A stretch of 64,000 bases of DNA from positions 13,811,950 through 13,875,949 of the forward strand of contig MU054323.1 in the NCBI GenBank assembly GCA_013239625.1, in the 5' to 3' direction. Under the pieces are notes generated by a model. It was not told where the DNA came from. It ran no database searches and was given only the letters and a program-made list of their open reading frames with translations. Of this stretch, positions 1 to 12,385 are shown one piece after another. Source of the stretch: Lama guanicoe (Eukaryota). Positions within the stretch are counted from its first letter, which is position 1, and every line of letters starts with the position of its first letter. The position numbers were made by a program, and so were the translations under genes.

Positions 1-1
1 A

Positions 2-31
2 GCTGAAGAAGCACTTCAAAGAGGCGACTAA
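2..31 (+). CDS. Possible last codons of an upstream gene's terminal exon (...AEEALQRGD*); unidentified, truncated by window edge
   Basis: GCT GAA GAA GCA CTT CAA AGA GGC GAC TAA is followed by non-repetitive AT-rich UTR-like sequence and AATAAA at 237-242. Alternative frame 3-65 (LKKHFKEATNPLWDLNHQNM*) is also open. Too short to identify. Confidence 0.35.
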   Translation, partial: AEEALQRGD

Positions 32-236
32 CCCTCTTTGGGATCTGAATCACCAAAATATGTGATGCTCTTACATGAATTATATTGTCATTTAAAGTAT
101 AAACTTTATTTCTCTGCCCTTTGAGAAAAGGTGAAGCTGGTCATCTTGATTTTACTTCTTTTATTCCTTGAAGCTCCACTGATATTTATGCAGAAGAAAA
201 GGGATGCATTGACAGTTTTCTATTAGAAAATGCATA

Positions 237-300
237 AATAAAATATTTTGATACCACATAGAAGTTTAAATATTGAGGATGTGGTTATATGACTCTGGCT
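237..300 (+). terminator. Candidate polyadenylation signal and downstream element
   Basis: AATAAA at 237-242, CA dinucleotides 11-14 nt downstream (~253-256), then G/T-rich sequence (gatgtggttatatgactctgg). Confidence 0.4.
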
Positions 301-734
301 TAAGGTTTTCACATTGATTATCTTTGGAGAGAGGTCTGAGTTAGAGATGGTTAATGAGCACACTGAAATGAGCAGAGAAAATGCCACTGCAGGTGTTTGC
401 TTTAATGGGGTGTTGATGGAAAACCTAGGTCACCTAAGTAGGGAAATGAGTGAAAGAGAGAAAGTGTTGAAGTGGTTAATATAAAACACAGATCTGTGAC
501 CGTGCCAGGCTTTAATTCCTAGAATTGTTTTGGCTTCTCTTGTTTGAGAATGCTGCTTTGCTAAGTGTTGTACAAGCCCAATTAGTTTCTTATAAGGACA
601 GGGCAATTAGAGTGGAGATTTCAGAGAAAAGATTATTTAATCACACATAGGAAGCTAAAAATTCCTTATATTCATTTCACAAACTTGTCAGATAAAATGA
701 ATTACGTCTCTAGGGCTTCTTGGTCTATTCTCTT

Positions 735-1640
735 TAACTTTAAATATTGGAAAATTTATCTCATATACATATATAGTAGCAGAGAGACTAGTATAATGAA
801 CTATCTGTTCAGCCTCAAAAATTAATTTCCCTACGAACTCCTGGCCCCTCTCATCCCCCAGATTATTTTACAGCAAATACAGGCATTATATCATATCATT
901 TGTTATATTTCAATATACATCTTTAAATAATAGTCTTTTAAAATATATCTACAACCCCATTGTCATACTAAAAAGTGCTATATCATATTTGTCATACCAT
1001 AAATAGCTAATTTCTTAATATAATAAAATGTGTGGTGGTCAAATTTTTATTTATCTTACTTTTTTAATGGTTTCTATGACTCTAATGGACTTGAAGTAAT
1101 GTCTGTATATTGCAATTGATGACTGTGTCTCTCAGGTCCCTTTTAATATATAGGATTCCTTTCTGCTTCACTTTCTTGCATTTTTCTTTGGTTTTTGATT
1201 GTTGTAGGACCTGGGCTGTTTGTATACAGGGTAGATTTTGTTGATTTACATCCCTGAGGTGTTGTTTACGTGTTGCTCTAATTCCTATATCTTATGTAAA
1301 TTGTTGGTTAGACCTAGAGACTTGATCAAATTTGTTTGATATTTTCAGTCAGACTACTTAAAAGATGTTATTGTTTACTTTCATAAGAATGTACAGAATG
1401 TGCCTAATTGTTTCTTTTTTGTTTGTGTAATGTTAGCAGCCATTGAAGATCTTTACCTAGATCTCTATTTCTTTCATTCCTTCTTTCCATCAAATATTTG
1501 GCTACCCTGAATACAGTTCATAAAATCAAGGCAGAAAAATTGCATGACTCCATCTCATTAGCTATCAGTTTTTCAAATAGTGAATTGATTCCATAGCGTC
1601 CTCTGAAGAAGATAAGTGATACTTAAAATTTTATTTTTAG
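735..1640 (-). mobile_element. Old L1 3' UTR fragment (L1MC-like)
   Basis: ttggaaaattt...gagagactagtataatgaac...cagattattttacagcaaat...gttggttagacctagagacttgatcaaatt resembles the reverse complement of L1MC4/5-type 3' ends. Confidence 0.7.
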
Positions 1641-1914
1641 TATCAGTATAAACTCATGTGGTGAAATACCATACGCATTTTATTTATCATGATGACTAAT
1701 GAATACCAAAGTATTTATTGAGGGGAGCAGGTATGGGGGGAACAAAATTTATGATAGATGTTTATTTGTATAACATTATGTATATATTACTAGCTAAAAA
1801 AGAGCCTCAAAAATTTAAATTTATATGTTAAATTGAAAATATATAAACCAGGCCTATGAGAAAGGTTGTAGGACATTAAACATGGTGAATGTCATACACT
1901 TTGGAAAAAGTCTT

Positions 1915-2100
1915 GATAGCTTTACTACTAGTGGTTAACTTGGGAAAATATTTGTGTGTGTTTGAGCCTCTGCTTCCTTACCTGTCATAGGAGTATATTA
2001 ATAATAGTAAACGATAGTACCTCTTTCATAGGGTAGTTGTGAGAATTAAATGAGGTGCTCATTTTGACGTAGGAAACACTGATTCCAGTTAGTCATTATT
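1915..2100 (+). mobile_element. MIR SINE
   Basis: MIR core: gagcctctgcttccttacctgtcatagg...gtacctctttcatagggtagttgtgagaattaaatgag. Confidence 0.8.
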
Positions 2101-2945
2101 ATGAGAGCTTTTAAATCTCTTTATAATCTTAAGTTCAGTTTCTCAAATTGATACAACTGAGAGTAGGTAGAGGTGTGCCAGAGGGTACTAGAAGTCACAA
2201 AATACATGTAAGATGTCATCCTGAAGTGTTTATTTTGTTGACATTTATTACATTTTATTATTTTTATATGGAGTATAAAAACATTCTTCTGAATTCTTTA
2301 CATAGAGAGATATTCAAAGAAATATGCTGCCCTGAGAGTGTAGGGTGAGGGTTTAGACTATAGCTCTGGAGCCTGAAAGTGTGCATCCATTCATTTCTGC
2401 AGCCTGGGGTTCCTCAGTGACGGTGGTTAAGAATTACTGGTCAGAAGACTTAGCTACTGCTGAAAGATACAGAAGCAAAGGCACTTCTTGGTCAACTACC
2501 GATTTTGGTAGATTAAAAATCAAGAGGATTAAATGGATTTGTCTGTGCAAATCCTAAAGTGATTTTCTGGATTTGGGAAGAATCTTGACATGTTTTAACT
2601 TCGCGCTTAACTGCGAAATATTCCCGGCATCTTGCTGTTTTAAGTAATTGAAAACACTGTCAACTCGGATTGCTTCTGAAAAAGGCAAACTAAGATGTTT
2701 TCAGAGACACTAAAATATAATATACTTCACATTTATTTTGGTAAATGTCTTGATTTTTTATTTACTATGAGTAAAAGAATTTGGCAATTTTTCAATTCTA
2801 AAATACATAGTTCTTAGAGAAATGCTGTATGTTTCCTCCCAAATTTATAGAATTGGCAAAACCTAAATCTATGCTTCCTTGTTAACATTTGGGTGTTATT
2901 TTAAAAGAAAAGCTGGACCTGATTAAAACATAGGCAGAAAGACTA

Positions 2946-3018
2946 TGTATATATACACACACACACACACACACACATACATACATACTTACATACACAC
3001 ACACACACACACACACAG
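2946..3018. repeat. Compound (TA)n/(CA)n microsatellite
   Basis: Directly visible. Confidence 0.95.
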
Positions 3019-3199
3019 AGAAAACAGATTTTATGTCATCTTTTCACATGGGTAGCTTCTGTATTGGGAGCCTCGGGTTTAACTTTATTAGTTTGAGAGA
3101 AAATTGGGGGCCATAAATTAGAGTTGTGAGTCCTGTCTTTGGGATTTTGCACATTCCTTCGTCTTATTTGGGAGGATCCCTTTTATCTTTTGGGCTAAT

Positions 3200-3445
3200 T
3201 GGAGGTCCACTTTGGATATTACTTTCCCTGTGAAGCCTCTCCAACCATCCACCCACCAGAATTGATTATATCTCCATCTGTGCAATATTCTGTTTCCACT
3301 AAAATACAGAGCACTGATTTCCTCACATATCTCTATTTCCTGTAATTCAAGCTCCTTTGTTCAGATTCCGCATCTTCTTAATCTTATGGATTCAGAGACA
3401 GGCATATAGAAAGTCTTCAATACCTGCCTATCAACTGAACTTGAC
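3200..3445 (+). mobile_element. L2 3' fragment
   Basis: actttccctgtgaagcctctccaacc...gacaggcatatagaaagtcttcaatacctg resembles the L2 3' tail. Confidence 0.5.
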
Positions 3446-3699
3446 TCAAGGAATCGTTTCTAACTGCTAGTAGCAGGTGCAGTTGAGAGTATAGATGTCC
3501 GCAGAGACCTTCTTGAGGTATTAAAGGGCCACTTGTCTCTCAGAAGTACCGCTGAAGCAAAAACAGGACCTCAGATGGTAGAATAGTCCAGAGTTATACC
3601 AGAGCATATCTGGTCCTTCTCAAAACCTACGTTAGGAAAGGATTGGTATCTAGGAATACAGATGGGGCACTATAGGGATGAATTCAGTCAGCTTTCATC

Positions 3700-3860
3700 A
3701 ACCTTCAGCTGTGAATCTACAATATGATAAATAATTACATGTTTATTACTCAAATAATTTGTTAGTCAAGTAATTTATTAATTAAGTAATCTATAAACCC
3801 TACAAGCTGTGAATCCATAATACGATAATTATATATTCATTAATCAAGTGATTTTTACTC
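3700..3860. repeat. Degenerate ~98-bp tandem duplication
   Basis: agctgtgaatc(t/c)a(c/t)aata(t/c)gata at 3707 and 3805, plus short tta.tcaagtaattt-like subrepeats. Confidence 0.7.
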
Positions 3861-4060
3861 ACGTCTCTGATAGTTGCTCTGAGTGTATTGGGGATGCAGA
3901 AGAATTATAAGGCCTGTTCTCTGGAATGAAATAGCTTACATTCAGTAAGGGGCGGGCAGAGCTAACATACATGGAACTATAGGAGACAACATAAGCAATG
4001 TAACAGGGTGAAGAATGGGGCATACCTTTTTGTTGGATATTCTCACAGCTGAGGGTATCA
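3835..4060 (-). mobile_element. L2 3' fragment
   Basis: attcattaatcaag...ttggggatgcagaagaattataaggcctgttctctgg...gcttacattcagtaagggg resembles the reverse L2 tail. Confidence 0.55.
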
Positions 4061-5429
4061 TGTGACAAGTATGCTAAAGTTCTAAAAGACAGGTACTTGC
4101 CAAGCTTTCATAAGATTTTAAAATATTCAGCCAAACAGGACAGTCAACTTTCAGCTCTCATCTTTTACTCAGAGCTATAACAGAAGTCTAGAGATTCCCC
4201 TGACAGGAGATTCTTTGCCGAAATTCCATGGAATTGAGGAGGTTTGTGACCCAATCACCTCATCTAGGGGACAGAATCTAGCTGGGGGAAAGAATCAATA
4301 ATAAATGTCAGTGGGAAGCAAGAGAATCTGTCTGAGAGTTTAGGGATTGTTTTCCAGGAGTGAAATGTGGCATACAAAACCGCCTAGATGTTTGCCAAAC
4401 TATAATAAAAGTATTTTGTGTGGTGGAACTGAATGGATTTATGCTCTACTGAAGTGGACAGTTTAAAGCAAGGACAAATGGAAAAATAACACATGGAAAA
4501 GCCATGAAATTTAGGATACTGTAGGGAGAAGGGAATATAATGCATTTCCTGGGAGAACCTGACATTGTCCTTTTTAGTTTTGTGGGGAGAGCAGCTGGCA
4601 CTGGAGTCTGGCCTGAAGACATCTGAAGTTAGGAACTGGCTGGAACATCTTTCTGTAAGGCAAGAGGGGAGGTATGCCTCCTGAGTCAGCAGGCCATATT
4701 CACAAGACTTAGTGGATAAGAGGGGGTGAATTTCCATGGGTGGGGTGAACGCTTAGGATAGAAGCGGTGTGGGACCCTACCCAAAGTGCTGCCTGCAGGG
4801 AGGGGACTTGAGTAGAAGAAGGTGTGTAGAGAATATAGTTGAACGTTGCAGTTGGATGGCTGCCAAAAGACATTAGGCAGAGAGGGCATAAGACATGTCA
4901 AGATTCCTAGCGGAAGTGACTCCAAAGAAGCCATAAATGTGCTCTCCCCAACAAGAACCAGCATTGTGCACCTGCACCGCAGAGGACCGTTAAGGTACAA
5001 CAGTCATCAATGAAGATAATGATTGAATCATCTTTCTCCTGTCCTTATGTCTGGATGGCTGACTAGCTGAAGAATGGTGGGGGGAAGATGTAGGGCAGGG
5101 AGAAAAAAAAGAAGAAACTTTTCTAATATTTGAAGGTGACCTGGAAAGCAATATGATTTGCCCAAGATGTTCCATGAGGTCCAAGAAGGGAGAGCCAGAA
5201 GAGAGTGTTTGCAATCAGTGATGGGTACCCAGAGCATTTTCTAGATTCATCCTATTGAGTTGAGCCCTTTCAGAAACATGCTTCTACACATTTAATTAAA
5301 TTTTAGGTAGTATTGGAATGACGTAAGAGCCACAGATGAAATTCCATATGGATGAATGCTTCGGAAGGCCTTCAGGAGGGGCTCTGACTTTACCCAACTT
5401 CTGAAGTAATGACTGAGAAAAGCAAGGAG

Positions 5430-5880
5430 ACTATTTTATTGTTGATAGTTTTACATATAAATATTATTTCCCCCTTTTTTACACAAATGGTAGAATGCTG
5501 TACATATGGTTTGATGTCTTGCCTTTTTTCACTTAATGCATCTCAAAGCTTTTTCTCATACCAGAATTTAAAGCTTTGTCTTTCTTTTTTTATGCATACA
5601 TCTTATTCCATTGTAGGGCTGTACTGAAGTTTATTTAACCAATACATTTTAATTGATGCTAAGATTGTTTCCAATCTTTTGCTGTCATTAGCAGTGCTAC
5701 AGTGAATAATCTGCGCAAGTGTAAGTGTGAAATAAATTCTTAGATGTGGAATTGTTGCATTTTAAAAAATAGGTACTGCCTGATTACCCTCCACGAAGGC
5801 TGCATGGGATTTGCACTTGCACCAACAATAATGTGAGATTGTTCCTGCATTTCCTAACAAACACTGAGTGTTATCAAAGT
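5430..5880 (-). mobile_element. Old L1 (L1ME/L1MD-like) 3' fragment
   Basis: gattgtttccaatcttttgctgtcattagcagtgctacagtgaataatc...aaattcttagatgtggaattgttg...ttgcacttgcaccaacaat. Confidence 0.7.
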
Positions 5881-5889
5881 TGTTTAAAA

Positions 5890-7110
5890 AAATTTTATTG
5901 AAGTACAGTTGATTAACAATATTAGTTTCCTGTGTATTGCATAGTGATTCAGTATGCTTACAGATTATAATCCATTTAAAGTTATTACAGAATAATGAAG
6001 CTATTACAAAATAATGGTTATATTTCCCTGTGTGCTACAATATATCCTTGTTGCTTATCTACTTTATACATAGGAGTTTATATCTCTTAATCCTATACCC
6101 CTATCTTGCCCTTCTTGCCTTCCCTCTCCCCACTTGTAACCAATGGTTTGTTCTCTGTATCTGAGTTTGTTTCTGTTTTGTTATATGCATTCATTTGTTT
6201 TATTTTTTAGACTTCACATATAAGTAATAACAGAGTATTTGTCTTTCTCTGTCAGACTTGTTTCATTAAGCATAATAGTGTCTAAGTCCATCCACATTGT
6301 TGCAAAAGGCAGAATTTCATTATTTTTATCGCTAAGTAATATTCCATTCTATTACTACGTCTTCTTTGTGTATTCATTTGTTAATGGACACTTAGGTTAC
6401 CTACTGCTATGGACACTGGCATGCATATATCTTTTCAAAATAGTCTTTTTGTTTTCTTCAGATATATACTGAGGAGTGGAATTGCAGATCATATGGTAAT
6501 TCTACTTTTAGTTTTTTGAGGAACCTCCACACTGTTTTCCACAGTGGCTGCACCAATTTACATTCCCATCAACAGTGTATGAGGGTTCCCTTTTCTCCAT
6601 ATCCACACCAACATTTGTTACCTGTACTTTTTGATGATAGCCATTCTAACAGGTGTGAGGTGATATCTCATTGTGGTTTTGATTAGCATTTCTTTAATAA
6701 TTAGTAATGTTGTGCATCTTTTAATGTGCGTATTAGCCATATGTATGTCTTCTTTGGAAACATGTCTATTCAGGTCTTCTGCCCATCTTTTGATTGGGTG
6801 TTTTTTGATATTGAGTTGTAAGAGTGATTTATATATTTTGGATATTAACTCCTTGTTCACTGCATCATTTGAAAATATTTTCTCCCATTCTGTAAGTTGT
6901 CTCTTTGTTTTGTCAGTGGTTTCCTTTGCTGTGCAAAAGCTTTTAAGTTTAATTTCGTCCCATTTGTTTATTTTTAATTTTATTTCTTCTGCCTTAGGAG
7001 ATAGGGCCAAAAATATTCCTATGATTTTTGTCAGAGTTCTGCCTGTGTCCTCTTCTAGAAGTTTTATAATTTTTGTCTTTATATTTAGGTCTTTAATCCA
7101 TTTTGAGTTT
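5890..7110 (-). mobile_element. 5'-truncated L1 (laurasiatherian/artiodactyl type): 3'UTR plus ORF2 C-terminus
   Basis: ORF 6618-7148(-) reads [10 protein letters not shown]...[17 protein letters not shown]...EWEKIF...LISKIYK...[15 protein letters not shown], the canonical L1 ORF2p C-terminal region; the 3' end ttttattgaagtacagttg is typical. Confidence 0.95.
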
Positions 7111-7349
7111 ATTCTTTCATATGTCTTTTGGTGTATATGTGTATGCATTTCTTTTAGGTATATATCCAGGAATGGAATTGCTGAGTCTTAGGTATACATA
7201 TGACATTGTCGAAGAGTATTACAAAATAACTGTACCAATTTACACTCCCATCAGTTACATATAAAGTGTACTTCATTGTGGTCTTAATTTACTTCCCCTG
7301 ATGACTAATGATGTTTAGTGTCTCTTTTTACATAATGTAATTTTATCAC

Positions 7350-7760
7350 ATTTTTAACTGAAGTATAGTTGCTGTACAATATTATGTAAATTACATGTGT
7401 GCAATATAGTGATTCACAATTTTTAGGTTTATTCTCCACGTATAGTTATTATAAAATATTGGCTATATCCCCCATGTTGTACAATATATCCTTGTAGCTT
7501 ATTTTATACCTAACAGTTTGTAATTCTTAATCCCATACTCCTATACTGCCCCTCCCCTTCCCCTTTCCCCACTGGTAACTACTAGTTTGTTCTCTATTTC
7601 TGTGAGTCTGCTTCTTTATTGTTATACTTACTAGCTTGTTTTATTTTTTAGCTACTACATATAGGGGATATCATGCAGTATTTGTCTGTCTCTGCCTGAC
7701 TTACTGTACTTAGCGTATGTCCTTTAAGTTCACCATTCTTTTTCATGGCTGCATAGTAGT

Positions 7761-7805
<45 letters not shown>

Positions 7806-8240
7806 ATACTCCCATCATACACACACACACACACACACACACATTTATTTACATCTTTATCCATTCATTTGTTGATGGACATTGAAGTTGCTTCTATATC
7901 TTGGTAAATGCAAATAATGCTGCTGTAAACATTGAGGTGCATATATCTTTTTGAATTAATGCTTTATTCAAAATTTGTGTATTTTTGGATATATATACCC
8001 AGGAGTTGAATTGCATGGTCATATGATAGTTCTATTTTTAGTTTTTTAAGAAACCTCCATACTGTTTTCTACAGTGGCTGTACCAATTTACATTCCCACC
8101 AACAGTGTATGAAGGTTCCCTTCTCTCCACATTCTCACGAACATTTGTTATTTGTCTTCTTTTTGATGATAGCCATTTTGACAGGTGTCATACCTCATTG
8201 TGGTTTTGATTTGCATATTCCTGATGATTAGTGATATATC
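7350..8240 (-). mobile_element. Second 5'-truncated L1 3' end of a related subfamily, inserted in an older L1
   Basis: tttttaactgaagtatagttgctgtacaatatt...aaacctccatactgttttctacagtggctgtaccaatttacattcccaccaacagtgtatg, homologous to 5890-6700. Confidence 0.9.
7763..7843. repeat. (TG)20 and (AC)12 microsatellites in inverted orientation
   Basis: TG run 7763-7803, 15-nt spacer, AC run 7819-7843. Confidence 0.95.
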
Positions 8241-10650
8241 TTTTCATATACTTACTGTCCATTTGGATATCCTTCTTTGAGAATTGCAGCAAGATTTTAC
8301 ATCCATTTTCTATTATTTTCTTTTATTAAACAGGAATTGTTTATAATTCTGCACAGTAGTCCTTTATCATAGCAAATATCTTTACACACTCTGTCCCAGG
8401 AATTGTTTACAATTCTGCACAGTAGTCCCATATCAAAGCAAATATCTTTACACACTCCGTGGTCTGCCGTTAGAGTTATAATGAGGCCTTTTGATATACA
8501 GATGTTCTTAATTTTTGTGTACAATTAATTGATGTTTTTCTTTATTTTTATTGTTTTTTAAGAGCTGTTCATAGAATCCTTACCCAAAGTCATGAAGATA
8601 ATTTTTGTGTGTTGTCTTCCTGAAGCTTTAAAATTATACCTTTCACATTTAGGTCTGCAATTCATCTAAAATTGATTTTTTTGAAGGGGTGTATAGTGTA
8701 AGGTAGGGAAGGATATTTTTTTTTTCCCATATGGATATCACATACCAGGTATCATTATTAAAGAGATTTTTATTTTTCCATCACACTACAGTGTATTACC
8801 TTTTGTCATAAATTATGTAGTTGAGCATATATTTGAGGATATATTTCTGGACTCTGTTTCTGTTCCATTACTTTGTCTATTCTTAAACTAAGACCACTCT
8901 GTCTTAATTATTATAGCTTGATTTTTGGTAAAGTAAATCTTCCAGTTGTGTTATTTTGCTTTAAAATTGTCTTGGTTATTTTTCACTTTTTTCCATATGA
9001 ATTTTTAAGTCAACTTGTCAAATTATACACAGAGTGAAAGTAAGAAACTTTTTCAGATGTTTTGGGGAACACATTGAAACTGTATAATAAACGTGGGGAG
9101 AATTGACATGGTTATAACATTTAGTCTCTCAATTCATGAACATTGTCCATTTATTTGGGGCTTTAATTTGATATTTTGGTTTTTTTGTGTAGAGTTTCTG
9201 TATATCTTGTTATGTACTTGCATGTTTATTTACGGTAATTTGATATATATTTATTTTATAGGAAATTGATATATAGACATAAGCCTATTAATATTTCTCT
9301 AAGAATGGATTTAGATGTAGTTTACAGACATTGGGTATTTTTATAAGCAGTCTATGCAGATATTCTGCAATTTGTTTTGATTTTCTCTTTGACACAGTTG
9401 TTCAAAGAGAGGGTTTTTTTTCCTTTCATTTTCAGATAGTACAAACTTTCTGTTTTTATTTTATTTCTATTTCTAATTTTATTTTATTATGGCCAGAGAA
9501 TTTGGACTATTTCTGCAGAATTCGTTGAATTCTTTTGTAGCCTAGTAACTTTGTGAATTTTTTATGGATATGTGAAAGAAAGCATAATATCTGTATCTTT
9601 AGTTATTTTCTGCTTTCAGTATGTTTCTCCTTCCTTCTTGAATATTCACTAGTTTTTATTTATGAATATTGATACTGTCTTTTATAATTTGTAGATATTT
9701 CCACTATTATAGTTTTATTGAGAATTGTACCCTTTACCGTTAACACTTTCTTTTTTATGTTATGCTTTTTTGCATTTATTCAGTCAGTGTGCTACTCAGA
9801 TTATGGTTTTTGACTTGTTTTTGTTGTAGGAAAATAATTCATTTTTAAATTTTCTAAGTTACTGTTTTAGTTTTGACTTAAATTTACAGCACTTACTTGC
9901 TTTTGCTTTGTGGTCAAATATGGAAGATTTCTTCTTTTAGTAAATGAGGTTAGTTTTTTTTATTCTTACTGAAATGGCAAATATATTTAGTCTTAGTTTT
10001 GACATATTTTATTTTATGCTTTATATTTTTATAGCTTTTAAAATATTTCATGGCTTGCTCTGCTTTCTCTGTTTTATGTTTGTGTTCCTTCTGGTAATTA
10101 GAAAAGTTTAATTTTTGTTTTGGTTGTTTCCTATAAAACTATAATTTATATGATAGGCTTAATTCTTTCTAAATACAGTATTAATTTTTTATTATGATTA
10201 ATGATGAGATTAATGATTTTTTATTTTTTGTTTCCTGCCTCTCCTCCACCTCATTTTAGTAAACTCTGTGATGTTTCTTAGTACTTTTGTTTTTATCAAA
10301 TAAGCTTCTTCCTGTATTACTGATTTTTCAGTTTTAACTGACCCTCAATTGTTAACTCAGCATCTTTACATTATTTGCCAACCTTATTTCACCTTCCTTC
10401 CTGACATTTTGCTTATACACTGTTAAGAGTTGTAATATCCTTTTCTGTCAGAACTCCACAGTTGTTTTAGTCTTAGTCCTACAGTTACATAGATGTAATG
10501 CTCACTGATACTCCTTTTGCCACTTTCTTGCCTGTCATCCTTTTGTGGGTCTCTAGGAAATTCATTCAGAAGACCTCATGGGAACAATATTCTTCATGTT
10601 CTTGCTGTTATTAATGTATTATCACACTTGATATTTACCTTTTTGAACAC
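8240..10650 (-). mobile_element. Highly decayed old L1M body (ORF2 remnants)
   Basis: T-rich; motifs tttcacatttaggtctgcaattcatct, ttctggactctgtttctgttccatt, ggggagaattgacat, tttctaattttattttattatggccagaga match the reverse of L1 ORF2. Confidence 0.75.
8331..8460. repeat. 66-bp tandem duplication within L1
   Basis: caggaattgtttat/caattctgcacagtagtcc...gcaaatatctttacacact at 8331 and 8397, 5 mismatches over 64 nt. Confidence 0.95.
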
Positions 10651-10779
10651 AGACTTGTGTTGAAATACAACTGAGAAAACATGAATGATGAATTGGGTGG
10701 GTACTTTTTCTTCTTGTTTTTGTACCACTTCCTGCCTCTTGCTGTCTGCCTGGTTATGGGGGTAGGGTTTTTAGAAGCC

Positions 10780-11250
10780 TTGTTTCTGCAAAGTGAGTAT
10801 ACATCCCTTGAGCACAGGTGAATGGTTCAGAGTAGGCACCAGACCCAAGTTCAGTCAATCAGAGACTCATCTATAGACATTTGGTTTGTGTGGTGGGGGG
10901 ACAGGGCGAGAAAGAGAGTGAGAGAGAGAGAAAGAGAGGGAGCGCGTGCAAGCTTTCTCTGGGTGGCTGGACCTGTATAAGGCTGTTGATGCCCAGGTTT
11001 GTAGCCAGTAAATGGGAAAAGCAGAGATAAAAAAAATTAAATGGGGGCAGAAGAATAGAGAGATGCAGAGCTAAATGAGGAGAAAGACCTTCTAGCTTCC
11101 TTATAGATTCTAGTTTATTCTTCCAGTTTGTTCCTGAGAACTGGTTGCCTCTCATTTCCATGAGGTATCTTTATAACCTTATAATAAATTCACCTAATTT
11201 ACTGAAATAGGTTTCTTTTATTTGCAACTGTAATAAGCCGTCTCATACCT
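10780..11250 (+). mobile_element. ERVL LTR (LTR16/LTR33-like) with internal (GA)n
   Basis: tggttcagagtaggcaccagacccaagttcagtcaatcagag...aataaattc...ggtttctttatttgcaact. Confidence 0.65.
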
Positions 11251-11959
11251 TGTATGAAATCACAGATTACAAGTCCACCCAGGTAAAAAAAGAATTCAGA
11301 AAAATTGGATTAGATTACTCTTTCATGTCCTGTGGGATTTTTTTCAACTGTAGAGTCACCATATGAATTCAAATAGACTTTTATTAGCTAGCTCAATTAC
11401 CAGATAGATCTGGTTTAAGTATCAGGCACTTACTGGCTGGTCAATGTAATACAATAGTGCAAAATTAAAAGCAACTGAGAGGTTTATTCACTTGGATTTG
11501 CAGTTGCTCATTAAGTCAGCCCCATGAGCTGCAGTCAGGTACATCTGGATTCACACAGCTTGCTGATCTTTCCCTCCAGTTCTGCTGTGGTTATCTATGC
11601 TTGTAGCCCACACATTGGCTGATCTTCTTAAAAACAGTTTGATCAAAAAGCACATCTCACCAATAGGGTTACTTCTGTAGCGCTCACAGTCTGTAATCCA
11701 AGGGTTACCAGCAAGGTTAAAGTATCCTCAGGCAATTGAGTGTTCTCTTGGTTCCTTGACGAGTGACCTAAACTTCTTTAACTTCTCCAGAGTTGTTGAG
11801 GGTAGGGTGAAGGTGGCTGAGGGTGGAGCTGTAGTCCTAGAAATCATCCCAGTGTCAGGCATCTTGGTAATTTGTAGGCCAGCTCCAAATACATACAAAA
11901 ATATAAAGCCTCATTAGTTTTTACCTTAGAACTTGGTTGGAAATTTAATTGTCTTTTTA

Positions 11960-12385
11960 TTTCTTTCCCATTATAGAAACAACAGATATGTTATTAAACA
12001 CTTAGAAAATAAAGGAAAGTGAAACAAAGGAAAAAAGTCAGAGTCCTACTAACCAAAGAAATCCACTGTTAATGCTAGCATTTGATATTTTTTTCTTTCT
12101 AGACTTTGTTTTTAACTTTGCAATATATTTATTCTTTTATTTACTTGGCATACTGTTATATATTTACAATTTAATAGCTCTTTATCAGTCACAAATTTTG
12201 TATAGTTATAAACTCAATGTAAATAGTTTGAAGGGCTTCATAGTATTCTGTTAGACAGATATTACATAGTTAATTAACCATCATTTTGAGACATTAATGT
12301 TCATAATTTTTAAATATTAATGTTGCAATAAATATCTTTTGCATAATATTTTTCATATGTGTACATTTTTTATAGGTCAGATCTT
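11960..12385 (-). mobile_element. Ancient L1ME 3' fragment
   Basis: cttagaaaataaaggaaag...ccactgttaatg...aatgttgcaataaatatcttt. Confidence 0.55.

Noticed and set aside
4200..5240. Purine-rich, slightly GC-richer block with overlapping minus-strand ORFs
   Set aside because: No recognisable protein; probably an ancient repeat (L2 or LTR) that I cannot classify by eye
6618..7191. Longest ORFs (176 aa minus, 172 aa plus) as genes
   Set aside because: The minus ORF is the C-terminal fragment of a 5'-truncated L1 ORF2 lacking EN and RT; the plus ORF is its antisense shadow
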